The translations under genes and the position numbers were made by a program. A stretch of DNA of 52,133 nt from Nemertoderma westbladi (lineage: Eukaryota; Animalia; Xenacoelomorpha). The notes beneath the pieces were generated by a model. That model searched no databases, was not told the DNA's origin, and was given only the letters and a program-made list of their open reading frames with translations. The stretch spans positions 1-52,133 of the forward strand of contig JAUCBJ010002018.1 in the NCBI GenBank assembly GCA_032718475.1, written 5' to 3'. Shown piece by piece: positions 29,001 through 39,208 of this stretch (positions are counted from its first letter, which is position 1; every line of letters starts with the position of its first letter).

Positions 29001-32000
29001 CTTAGGAGGCCCATATCTCAAATATTCCCGGCGGAATCCTGACTTAGAAGGCCCATATCTCAGATATTCCCGGCGGAATCCTGACTTAGAAGGCCCATAT
29101 CTCAGATATTCCCGGAGGAATCCTAACTTAGAAGGCCCATATCTCAGATATTCCCGGCGGAATCCTGACTAGAAGGCCCACATCTCATATATTCCCGGCG
29201 GAATCCTGACTTAGAAGGCCCATATCTCAGATATTCCCGGCGGAATCCGACTTAGGAGGCCCACATCTCAAATATTCCCGGAGGAATCCTGACTAGAAGG
29301 CCCACATCTCAAATATTCCCGGAGGAATCCTGACTAGAAGGCCCATATCTCAGATATTCCCGGCGGAATCCCGACTTAGGAGGCCCATATCTCAGATATT
29401 CCCGGCGGAATCCTGACTTAGAAGGCCCATATCTCAGATATTCCCGGCGGAATCCCGACTTAGGAGGCCCATATCTCAAATATTCCCGGCGGAATCCGAC
29501 TTAGGAGGCCCACATCTCAAATATTCCCGGCGGAATCCGACTTAGGAGGCCCACATCTCAAATATTCCCGGAGGAATCCTGACTAGAAGGCCCATATCTC
29601 AGATATTCCCGGCGGAATCCGACTTAGGAGGCCCATATCTCAAATATTCCCGGCGGAATCCGACTTAGGAGGCCCACATCTCAAATATTCCCGGAGGAAT
29701 CCTGACTAGAAGGCCCATATCTCAGATATTCCCGGCGGAATCCGACTTAGGAGGCCCATATCTCAGATATTCCCGGCGGAATCCGACTTAGGAGGCCCAT
29801 ATCTCAGATATTCCCGGAGGAATCCTGACTTAGAAGGCCCATATCTCAGATATTCCCGGCGGAATCCTGACTTAGAAGGCCCATATCTCAGATATTCCCG
29901 GAGGAATCCTGACTAGAAGGCCCATATCTCAGATATTCCCGGCGGAATCCGACTTAGGAGGCCCATATCTCAAATATTCCCGGCGGAATCCGACTTAGGA
30001 GGCCCATATCTCAAATATTCCCGGCGGAATCCGACTTAGGAGGCCCACATCTCAAATATTCCCGGAGGAATCCCGACTTAGGAGGCCCATATCTCAAATA
30101 TTCCCGGCGGAATCCGACTTAGGAGGCCCACATCTCAAATATTCCCGGCGGAATCCGACTTAGAAGGCCCATATCTCAGATATTCCCGGCGGAATCCGAC
30201 TTAGGAGGCCCATATCTCAAATATTCCCGGCGGAATCCGACTTAGAAGGCCCACATCTCAGATATTCCCGGCGGAATCCTGACTAGAAGGCACATATCTC
30301 AGATATTCCCGGCGGAATCCTGACTAGAAGGCCCATATCTCAGATATTCCCGGCGGAATCCTGACTAGAAGGCCCATATCTCAGATATTCCCGGCGGAAT
30401 CCTGACTAGAAGGCCCACATCTCAAATATTCCCGGCGGAATCCTGACTAGAAGGCCCATATCTCAGATATTCCCGGCGGAATCCTGACTTAGAAGGCCCA
30501 TATCTCAGATATTCCCGGCGGAATCCTGACTAGAAGGCCCATATCTCAGATATTCCCGGCGGAATCCTGACTTAGAAGGCCCATATCTCAGATATTCCCG
30601 GCGGAATCCTGACTAGAAGGCCCATATCTCAGATATTCCCGGCGGAATCCTGACTTAGAAGGCCCATATCTCAAATATTCCCGGCGGAATCCTGACTTAG
30701 AAGGCCCATATCTCAGATATTCCCGGCGGAATCCTGACTTAGAAGGCCCATATCTCAGATATTCCCGGCGGAATCCTGACTTAGAAGGCCCATATCTCAG
30801 ATATTCCCGGCGGAATCCTGACTTAGAAGGCCCATATCTCAAATATTCCCGGCGGAATCCTGACTAGAAGGCCCACATCTCAAATATTCCCGGCGGAATC
30901 CTGACTTAGAAGGCCCATATCTCAGATATTCCCGGCGGAATCCTGACTTAGAAGGCCCATATATCAGATATTCCCGGCGGAATCCTGACTTAGCAGGCCC
31001 ATATCTCAGATATTCCCGGCGGAATCCTGACTTAGGAGGCCCATATCTCAGATATTCCCGGCGGAATCCCGACTTAGGAGGCCCACATCTCAAATATTCC
31101 CGGAGGAATCCTGACTAGAAGGCCCATATCTCAGATATTCCCGGAGGAATCCAGACTAGAAGGCCCATATCTCAGATATTCCCGGCGGAATCCCGACTAG
31201 AAGGCCCATATCTCAGATATTCCCGGAGGAATCCAGACTAGAAGGCCCATATCTCAGATATTCCCGGCGGAATCCCGACTAGAAGGCCCATATCTCAGAT
31301 ATTCCCGGCGGAATCCCGACTTAGGAGGCCCATATCTCAGATATTCCCGGCGGAATCCCGACTTAGGAGGCCCATATCTCAAATATTCCCGGCGGAATCC
31401 TGACTAGAAGGCCCATATCTCAGATATTCCCGGCGGAATCCTGACTAGAAGGCCCATATCTCAGATATTCCCGGCGGAATCCTGACTAGAAGGCCCATAT
31501 ATCAGATATTCCCGGCGGAATCCTGACTTAGAAGGCCCATATCTCAGATATTCCCGGCGGAATCCCGACTAGAAGGCCCATATCTCAGATATTCCCGGAG
31601 GAATCCAGACTAGAAGGCCCATATCTCAGATATTCCCGGCGGAATCCCGACTAGAAGGCCCATATCTCAGATATTCCCGGCGGAATCCCGACTTAGGAGG
31701 CCCATATCTCAGATATTCCCGGCGGAATCCCGACTTAGGAGGCCCATATCTCAAATATTCCCGGCGGAATCCTGACTAGAAGGCCCATATCTCAGATATT
31801 CCCGGCGGAATCCTGACTAGAAGGCCCATATCTCAGATATTCCCGGCGGAATCCTGACTAGAAGGCCCATATCTCAGATATTCCCGGCGGAATCCTGACT
31901 TAGAAGGCCCATATATCAGATATTCCCGGCGGAATCCTGACTTAGGAGGCCCATATCTCAAATATTCCCGGCGGAATCCTGACTAGAAGGCCCATATCTC

Positions 32001-35000
32001 AGATATTCCCGGCGGAATCCTGACTAGAAGGCCCATATCTCAGATATTCCCGGCGGAATCCTGACTTAGAAGGCCCACATCTCAAATATTCCCGGCGGAA
32101 TCCTGACTTAGAAGGCCCATATCTCAGATATTCCCGGCGGAATCCTGACTTAGAAGGCCCATATCTCAAATATTCCCGGCGGAATCCTGACTAGAAGGCC
32201 CACATCTCAAATATTCCCGGCGGAATCCTGACTTAGAAGGCCCATATCTCAGATATTCCCGGCGGAATCCTGACTTAGAAGGCCCATATATCAGATATTC
32301 CCGGCGGAATCCTGACTTAGGAGGCCCATATCTCAGATATTCCCGGCGGAATCCTGACTTAGGAGGCCCATATCTCAGATATTCCCGGCGGAATCCCGAC
32401 TTAGGAGGCCCACATCTCAAATATTCTCGGAGGAATCCTGACTAGAAGGCACATATCTCAGATTTTCCCGGCGGAATCCTGACATAGAAGGCCCATCTCT
32501 CAGATATTCCCGGCGGAATCCTGACATAGAAGGCCCATATCTCAGATATTCCCGGCGGAATCCCGACTTAGGAGGCCCATATCTCAGATATTCCCGGCGG
32601 AATCCTGACTAGAAGGCCCATATCTCAGATATTCCCGGCGGAATCCGACTTAGAAGGCCCATATCTCAGATATTCCCGGCGGAATCCTGACTAGAAGGCC
32701 CATATATTCCCGGCGGAATCCTGACTTAGGTGGCCCATATATCAGATATTCCCGGCGGAATCCGACTTAGAAGGCTCATATCTCAGATATTCCCGGCGGA
32801 ATCCTGACTTAGAAGGCCCATATCTCAGATATTCCCGGCGGAATCCTGACTAGAAGGCCCATATCTCAGATATTCCCGGCGGAATCCTGACTAGAAGGCC
32901 CATATCTCAGATATTCCCGGCGGAATCCTGACATAGAAGGCCCATATCTCAGATATTCCCGGCGGAATCCCGACTTAGGAGGCCCATATCTCAGATATTC
33001 CCGGCGGAATCCTGACATAGAAGGTACATATCTCAGATATTCCTGGCGGAATAAGGCCAGCGTTTCATTAACAAACCATTTAGTAAAAGGTAACTCTCAG
33101 ATAACTCTTACAAACCACAAGGTAACCCTCAGAGTAACTCTTACAAACCACAAGGTAACTCTCAGAGTAACTCTTACTAATTTCACGAAAGTTAACAAAA
33201 ATTAATTTATAATTTGTTGTACATTAATTATAACACTATATTCCAGGTCATGATGTATTTAAGATGTAAATGCATATAAAAGTAAAGTATATAATTAACC
33301 ATGTTTTAGAAACACTTGGTTAAATAATTATATTCTAGAACATAGTCAAAAACCAATATAGTTGAATCACTTTACATCTTAAAATATTTATGTTGAGGTT
33401 AGGCCTACACTAAAAAAAATAAAGAAAATATAAAATATAACCTTTAAACGCTGTCTGTATTGCTAAAATAAACAAGTAAATAAAATTTTTAAGGGAGGAA
33501 GGATTTTGAAGAGAGATGGTATGCGAAACACGACAGATATCAGTGATCTAACCTAACCCAGAAATATTATAAATAAATACTCACATTTATTCAATAAAAT
33601 TTATCCCAAAATTGTAAAAGTCCCAATATTTAAATACGTAAGGGAACCTAATCAAACGAATTGAAATGATTACTTTAAAGTAACGAGTGTTTATAATATT
33701 TAAAATTTACAAGATACTTAATGATTGAATTTATAGTAACTAACGATACTGGACTTTGAAGTGTATTCCTACTATTTTAAAATAATACGGAACAGAAATC
33801 GATTTTGCTTGGCTTGGTGTACTGTGGACTGCCGGGGAATATAGATCTGAGACGCGATGATGCACAGATGATGCACTGGCTTCGGCTAAATAGCAATCCG
33901 GTTCGGCAAGAAACAGGAAAGACGCATGTGTGTGTGTGGTTGGCTGCAATAGGCGTCTGCTGAGTTGGGTTGAGTAAGCAGGGCACGTTACTACGCAATC
34001 CACAAGGATAATTCATTGAAAGTTGAGACTTCCACCGAATGAATAATCCTGGGTGCCCTAAGGGACTCACATACCCAACCTTATCTAATAGGGGTGGGGG
34101 GCACCTGACGCAATCAAAAGCAAAACCCTCTCTAGGGGAAAACCACAACAGTTAATAAATTGCAAAGTAGAGGGTTGACTCACAAAGACAAAGGGAATTT
34201 TCTGTTTTTGTAAAGGAAGTGGTTTTACAGTGACAAGACGATCCTTTATATGGATATGGAGGGATATTGATATGCAGATATTGAGATAAAAAATATTATA
34301 ATTACAATTATAATTGTCTATTAATTCCGCTGAGTCAGCGGTTAGGTTACCGTATCTTGGTTACCTCAAAAACAATTCAATTAGAGTTTGATGTGATATT
34401 TTGCTAACATTAATTTTACCTATAATAATATGTATGCATACATGTATTGTTAAAAGTTAAAACAGATAACAACACACAACAATTTGCAACGTAATTCAGA
34501 AAGGTGTTCCGGTATATTTGCAAGTTTGTGTAATAAATTACCATAATGTTGTGGGTGTTATGTTAGTGTGAGAGGAATTGCTAATAATACCTCGTCTTAA
34601 CTATGACAACCACCCACATAATCTTATAAAGGTACTTTACACAAATTGACTTAATAGATCAAATAAATAGTTATAAAACAATAACCTTTGAACTGATAAC
34701 AACATATCATTACAACAACAAATAACTTATTGTCATTATGTTTATATATATACAGAGAGATATAGTATATCGATCTCAAAAAATATTATCAATCTATGAC
34801 GTCACAGTGAGTGATGCAAGAACAAGGGCTACTACCAACCAAGTACACAGTCACAACAAAATTTATGAAAGGAAATAAGTTCATGAGTGGCAGATAGTTG
34901 CCAACTCTTTAATATCAATAAATAAATTGACTTTTTGACTGACATAGTTTAACATCCGTGGGTATTGAGAGAACCACACGACATAGTAGTACAGGCCCCA

Positions 35001-38000
35001 GCCTATGACTACGTAGATATTTAGTACAGATATGGGACATCATAAAAAATTTGGGTTGACTTTACCAAACGGTTGCGCTCGTTTTTTAGGGGGTCTTAAA
35101 CATAAAAACGGAGGGAATTGCCATAGCAACGCTCTTATAGTAGACATTAAAATTTAAGAATGATTACTATTTTGATATGAAGAATTTAATGGCATTATTT
35201 AGTTTTTTGAAAATACCATAGCAACGAGGTAAAAACGACCTTCAATGTTAGCAGTATTTAGCAACGGCGCCCATGTGAAGAATACCAGGAATTCACATTT
35301 CGGTAGAATTTTTATCGGAATTTTATATATGAAGATTTTTATTTTTATTTTATTTATCTTTATTAAGTGTTTTATAGCGCTTAAGTCTGTCTTATAACCT
35401 GTATATATACTAATTCGTTTATTGTTTTGGTTAGATGCAGCCCTTCTGTAACCTGTGTATTTGGTTAAAACCTGGTATTCTTCACATAAGCCAGCAACGG
35501 GCTTTAAACGGGCGTAATGCAGTGGCCGTAGCGTCATCGGATCGGAGTCTACCACAAATATATCAAGTTTAAAGAACAATGTGCACTATTTTTCAGTTTC
35601 TAGTTGCCATCTGCCCTATTTGTAAATAATATATAATCGCTGCTTCGAAACTCTATTTTTAAATACCACTGAGCCATCGCCCCACTGAACCATCGCCCCA
35701 CTGAGCCATCGCCCCACTGAGCCATTGCCCCACTGAACCATCGCCCCACTGAGCCATCGCCCCACTGAGCCATCGCCCCACTGAACCATCGCCCCACTGA
35801 GCCATCGCCCCACTGAGCCATTGCCCCACTGAACCATCGCCCCACTGAGCCATCGCCCCACTGAGCCATCGCCCCATTGAGTCATCGCCCCACTGAGCCA
35901 TCGCCCCACTGAGCCATCGCCCCACTGAGCCATCGCCCCACTGAGCCATTGCCCCACTGAGCCATTGCCCCACTGAGCCATCGCCCCACTGAGCCATCGC
36001 CCCACTGAGCCATCGCCCCACTGAGCCATCGCCCACCTGAGCCATCGCCCCACTGAGCCATCGCCCCACTGAGCCATCACCCCACTGAGACATCGTCCCA
36101 CTGAGCCATCGCTCCACTGAGCCATCGCCCCACTGAGCCATCGCCCCACTGAGCCATCGTCCCACTGAGCCATCGCCACACTGAGCCATCGCCCCACTGA
36201 GCCATTGCCCCACTGAGCCATCGCCCCACTGAGCCATCGCCCCACTGAGCCATCGCCCCACTGAGCCATCGCCCCACTGAGCCATCGTCCCACTGAGCCA
36301 TCGCCCCACTGAGCCATTGCCCAACTGAGCCATCGCCCCACTGAGCCATCGCCCCACTGAGCCATCACCACACTGAGCCATCGTCCCACTGAGCCATCGC
36401 TCCACTGAGCCATCGCCCCACTGAGCCATCGCCCCACTGAGCCATCGCCCCACTGAGCCATCGCCCCACTGAGCCATCGCCCCACTGAGCCATCGCCCCA
36501 CTGAGCCATCGCCCCACTGAGCCATCGTCCCACTGAGCCATCGCCCCACTGAGCCATTGCCCAACTGAGCCATCGCCCCACTGAGCCATCGCCCCATTGA
36601 GCCATCACCCCACTGAGCCATCGTCCCACTGAGCCATCGCTCCACTGAGCCATTGCCCCACTGAACCATCGCCCCACTGAGCCATCGCCCCACTGAGCCA
36701 TCGCCCCACTGAGCCATCGCCCACTGAGCCATCGCCCCACTGAGCCATCGCCCCACTGAGCCATCGCCCCACTGAGTCATCGCCCCACTGAGCCATCGCC
36801 CCACTGAGCCATCACCCCACTGAGCCATCGTCCCACTGAGCCATCGCTCCACTGAGCCATCGCCCCACTGAGCCATCGCCCAACTGAGCCATCGCCCCAC
36901 TGAACCATCGCCCCACTGAGCCATCTTCCCACTGAGCCAGCGCCCCACTGGGCCATCGCTCCACGGAGCCATCGCCCCACTGAGCCATCGCCCCACTGAG
37001 CCATCGCCCCACTGAGCCATCGCCCCACTGAGCCATCGCCCACTGAGCCATCGCCCCACTGAGCCATCGGCCCGTGCCCATCGAGCCCCGAGCTCTGCGC
37101 TACAACTGCACCCCCTTCGCCCCACTGAACCATCGCCCCGTTCTCTGCGCTACAACTGCACACCCTTCGCCGAAGTCTAAACACCTCAAACGCCCACTTG
37201 ATTGTTGTTGCGATCGTGACACTCACCACAACATAAGTGTTTTTCATATCACTTAGATGTTTTGACTATATAAAAGAGATCATTTTGAAAGATAAGTGAG
37301 GTTGACATGTTCGTATATTTAAGATATATAATATATTACATTAGTTATCACTTACAGTTGGCCCTATACATTTTAAATACATGAAATTAAATTGTATCAA
37401 GAGTCGCAATTTCGGCAGTAATCAGTGGCAGTGCACATAAAAAAAGTTTAAAAAGTTTGCAAATAGACATACTTCTACTGTTCGTATGTCAGCCGTTAGA
37501 GGGCTATTTGTGTAATCATTAAAAAATATCGTATTTCTTTGCTTTTAATCCATTCAAGCTAAAACGTCGCAGATAATATGTACTACATCATCATCTGTAT
37601 ATTTTAAAGGAGGCTAATCCAACTGCAGTTCTCAAGTCTACCGCTAGAGGGCGAAATATAGAATAGTGAGATCATTCTCCCACTTAGTTATTTATAATCC
37701 CTTCTAGTTCAAACTTGTGAGAAATGTACTAGAACACAGCCTATGGTATTTGTGGGGTCGGTAATCGGTCTGCAATTCTCCATACTTTTTGATTATCGTG
37801 AATATTTTACCTGTGTATATATAATATTTACATAAACATGTATATATATATAATGTGTGGTGATTATTAATATTTGTGGTAATCTGTAACTAACACTCTC
37901 TCTTTCAGAGGGACTCGGAACACTCGACATAATGACGCCATCTAGAGGAGCCCATGGTCTGATCGGTGCGAAGTCGTCAGCTGAAGATACAGACCGGTTG

Positions 38001-38908
38001 TTGTGACGACGGTTTACGGATGGTTGGATGGGGCCCAGCACCGGCGATAGTCTGAAAGGGAAATTAAACATTCATAAATGTTCAAAGTATTGTGAACATG
38101 GATTCTCTGTATCTTTTAAGAGGCGGGCAAGGCACACACTCTCTTCCAAGGTTGAAAAAGCAAACAGTAAATCGAAGACGGAGGCGATCCGACCCGAGAG
38201 ATTTCGATAGCTGCTACCCGAAGGTGTAGGGCCTGGCCTGCGCTGCTAAAATCCCAAGTTTGGGTCCCAGTAGTTCAACTGGCCCCCATCAACTCTAGTG
38301 GATGAAAGGCTGAGTGGACCCTGGCAGTGCTCGAACCTATAACCCATGGATTGGCTCAACCAACTGAGCTACCTCGCCTTAAGGGTCACCACTATCCCTT
38401 TTCAACCCCCGATCTCTTCAACTTAAATTACCTTATAACGATACAACCCTCGATGGTAGACGCACCATCTAATATTAGTCTATTACTTTACTTTAATTAA
38501 GTTATAAAACGGATTCACCCACCCACCTTATTGTGTAGTCAGGTTTAATCCGTTTCTTCGGGCTGGTGGGCGTGGTTTTCGTTTTGCTCTTTTCGTTTCG
38601 ACCGGACCGCGAACCAACGAATAGAGTCGAGGGACGAGGTGTCCGGGGTTCATCGGAGAAGGAAGATCGTACGATGACCGGAGTGAGAGCGCCTCCGAGT
38701 CGGTACTCACTGAGAGTCCGGGACTTAATGACTCGAGGCGCCCGGTTGGGGGAGTCGCGAGGTGATTGGTTGCTAGGGGAGGCACCACGGTGCGGGCTGC
38801 CGGGGGAATCAACCAATGGGGAGGCAGCCCGATAAGGACTGGTCGTAGGCTCCTCAACGTCAGTTGTTTCATCGGTGGAACTATTACCGTCCTCGTCGCT
38901 GGAAACAT
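2008..38908 (-). CDS. Mical: Spliced MICAL-family (bMERB/DUF3585 C-terminus) gene, 5'-partial: complement(join(2008..2077,2775..2889,3114..3296,3404..3602,3829..3940,10196..11236,12169..15302,37895..38051,38527..38908))
   Basis: All eight introns have GT..AG ends and matching phases. The joined length is 5393 nt = 2 + 1797 codons ending in TGA. The C-terminus RQEELRRLRNAQEIQRELEEIEVKQHEVESKGVEVERRLR..LLQQWFDLINERNSLLRRESNL..VELEDQHCRLQ..KTPSELEVEKKMLQQMVQVIESRDQLETLLEEMR resembles the MICAL3/Mical bMERB domain as recalled. There is no terminal CaaX, which argues against EHBP1. Monooxygenase, CH and LIM exons were not seen in the window. Confidence 0.82.
2221..2761 (-). mobile_element. 5'-truncated, internally deleted RTE-clade LINE copy with (TAG)n tail
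   Basis: ORF 2284..2715 (PVLLHGSPCWALT..LDGTYTRMLRR..RLRFAGHCFRREDQP) is homologous to the copy at 8637..9515. The tail reads ctactactact at 2221-2238. Confidence 0.9.
2775..2889 (-). CDS. Mical: MICAL-family gene exon, bMERB third helix (ESSKTPSELEVEKKMLQQMVQVIESRDQLETLLEEMRSQ)
   Basis: Acceptor ccttcgcag, donor GTAAGT, phases 1 and 2. Confidence 0.87.
3114..3296 (-). CDS. Mical: MICAL-family gene exon, bMERB (LLQQWFDLINERNSLLRRESNLIIQAQKVELEDQHCRLQVEYR)
   Basis: Acceptor tttgtgcag, donor GTTAGT. Shows the bMERB WFxL..E.N.L.R.ES.L pattern. Confidence 0.9.
3404..3602 (-). CDS. Mical: MICAL-family gene exon, start of bMERB (RQEELRRLRNAQEIQRELEEIEVKQHEVESKGVEVERRLRE)
   Basis: Acceptor tttttttag, donor GTAGGG, phases 0 and 1. 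Confidence 0.9.
3829..3940 (-). CDS. Mical: MICAL-family gene exon (RSKSPFRAVINKVKKSKREKRDEPGSAFTGPQSRPITK)
   Basis: Acceptor ttttttag, donor GTTAGA. Phases 2 and 0 fit both neighbours. Confidence 0.8.
4062..9680. repeat. Intronic tandem array, 33-bp unit GATACACGGTAGCACATT+GATACACAACTGCAC (18+15 bp subunits), about 140 copies, interrupted by a LINE at 8596-9538
   Basis: The unit is read directly. The 11-aa periodic ORFs in all frames reflect the 33-bp period. Confidence 0.97.
8596..9526 (-). mobile_element. 5'-truncated RTE-clade non-LTR retrotransposon: RT C-terminal half (ORF 8637..9515), short 3' UTR, (TAG)n tail
   Basis: The RT motif DLDFADDL, GLFINSRKTK, FCYLGS, VLLYGSPCW and RLRFAGH motifs and a terminal DRELWR are typical of RTE-clade ORFs. 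The frame is uninterrupted, which suggests a young copy. Confidence 0.93.
10196..11236 (-). CDS. Mical: MICAL-family gene exon, Arg/Ser/Pro-rich low-complexity region
   Basis: Acceptor tgtttacag at 11237-11239, donor AG|GTAAT. Contains ORF 10192..11184. GC-rich relative to its flanks. Confidence 0.85.
11330..11784. repeat. Degenerate intronic minisatellite, 44-bp unit ACTGTTGCTGAAACTCGTTTATTTGTTTCAGTTTCATGACTTAC, about 10 copies
   Basis: The 44-bp period is seen directly, for example 11611 versus 11655. Confidence 0.88.
12169..15302 (-). CDS. Mical: MICAL-family gene, 3134-bp exon encoding an acidic Ser/Thr/Asp-rich, probably disordered region
   Basis: The 1045-codon open frame is bounded exactly by acceptor ttgttttag (15303-15305) and donor AG|GTAAAT. 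Phases 0 and 2. Confidence 0.88.
16325..33053. repeat. Intronic satellite array, 41/42-bp unit GAAGGCCCATATCTCAGATATTCCCGGCGGAATCCTGACT(T)A, about 400 copies, ~16.7 kb
   Basis: The unit is read directly. The 14-aa periodic ORFs reflect the period. There are no unique spacers. Confidence 0.98.
33087..33177. repeat. Short tandem repeat, ~33-bp unit AAGGTAACTCTCAGAGTAACTCTTACAAACCAC, about 3 copies
   Basis: Seen directly just right of the large satellite. Confidence 0.85.
35666..37068. repeat. Intronic minisatellite, 16-bp unit CCACTGAGCCATCGCC (minus strand GGGGCGATGGCTCAGT), about 88 copies
   Basis: The unit is read directly. The 16-aa (3-unit) periodic ORFs are open in all three minus frames. 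Confidence 0.97.
37895..38051 (-). CDS. Mical: MICAL-family gene exon (RLSPVLGPIQPSVNRRHNNRSVSSADDFAPIRPWAPLDGVIMSSVPSPSERES)
   Basis: Acceptor ttccctttcag, donor GTTAGT. Phases 2 and 0 join 38527 and 15302 in frame. Confidence 0.72.
38125..38378 (-). mobile_element. tRNA-derived SINE (Pol III A and B boxes); 3' boundary approximate
   Basis: The minus strand reads GGCGAGG-TAGCTCAGTTGG (A box)..GGTTCGAGCAC (B box-like), followed by GTCCACTCAGCCTTTCATCC. The head is too short or degenerate for a full cloverleaf. Confidence 0.7.
38527..38908 (-). CDS. Mical: MICAL-family gene, most 5' exon recovered (VSSDEDGNSSTDETTDVEEPTTSPYRAASPLVDSPGSP..KKRIKPDYTIR)
   Basis: Acceptor tgttatag at 38909-38911, donor AG|GTGGGT. 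It starts in phase 1, so it needs an upstream exon. GC-rich Ser/Pro-rich frame. Confidence 0.75.
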
Positions 38909-39208
38909 CTATAACATTTACAATAATAAATCGTTAGGGGCTCCCAATGTAGGCCTACTGTAGTCTACAGAGAAGAGTAGAACAGTCAAGAGTCAAACCA
39001 ATCAAATAGATTCATAAATTCGTGGTGTTCGTCAATTTTTGCAACTTTTATTAGATGAGTCGTGTCTAACGTAAACTTGTATCTTTAAATATAATTAATT
39101 CCATTCATTCATATTTATACAAATTATTCTATATTGTTTTTTTAGATGTTTAGTTCGGCATTTTTAGCCGAAAAAAAATAATATTTTTGATATTCAACTG
39201 AATACCGT

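Noticed and set aside
24614-32420. Repeated 70-84 aa ORFs (RYGPSKSGFRREYL)n
   Set aside because: They are runs of 42-bp units inside the satellite, useful only as markers of the higher-order duplication.
16325-33053. CRISPR array or hammerhead-ribozyme satellite
   Set aside because: The units are head-to-tail with no unique spacers, there are no cas genes, and the context is eukaryotic. No CUGANGA plus GAAA core is present.
33740-34148. GC-richer intronic patch as an extra exon
   Set aside because: The best AG..GTGAGT pair (34071-34104) has a stop in the required phase, and the ORFs show no motifs. It is possibly a TE remnant.
35117-35130. RFX X-box-like ATTGCCATAGCAAC
   Set aside because: It is an imperfect match deep in an intron, with no supporting promoter context.
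35600-37247. 382-488 aa Trp/Gly-rich ORFs
   Set aside because: A stop-free 16-bp unit gives the same periodic peptide in all three minus frames.
38310-38378. Functional tRNA gene
   Set aside because: The spacing between the A and B boxes leaves no proper anticodon arm and the acceptor stem does not close. It is better explained as a SINE head.
38528-38908. 126-aa ORF from ATG 38908 as the start of the gene
   Set aside because: It is out of frame with the downstream exons and stops at the donor site. The Ser/Pro-rich frame is the one that splices through.
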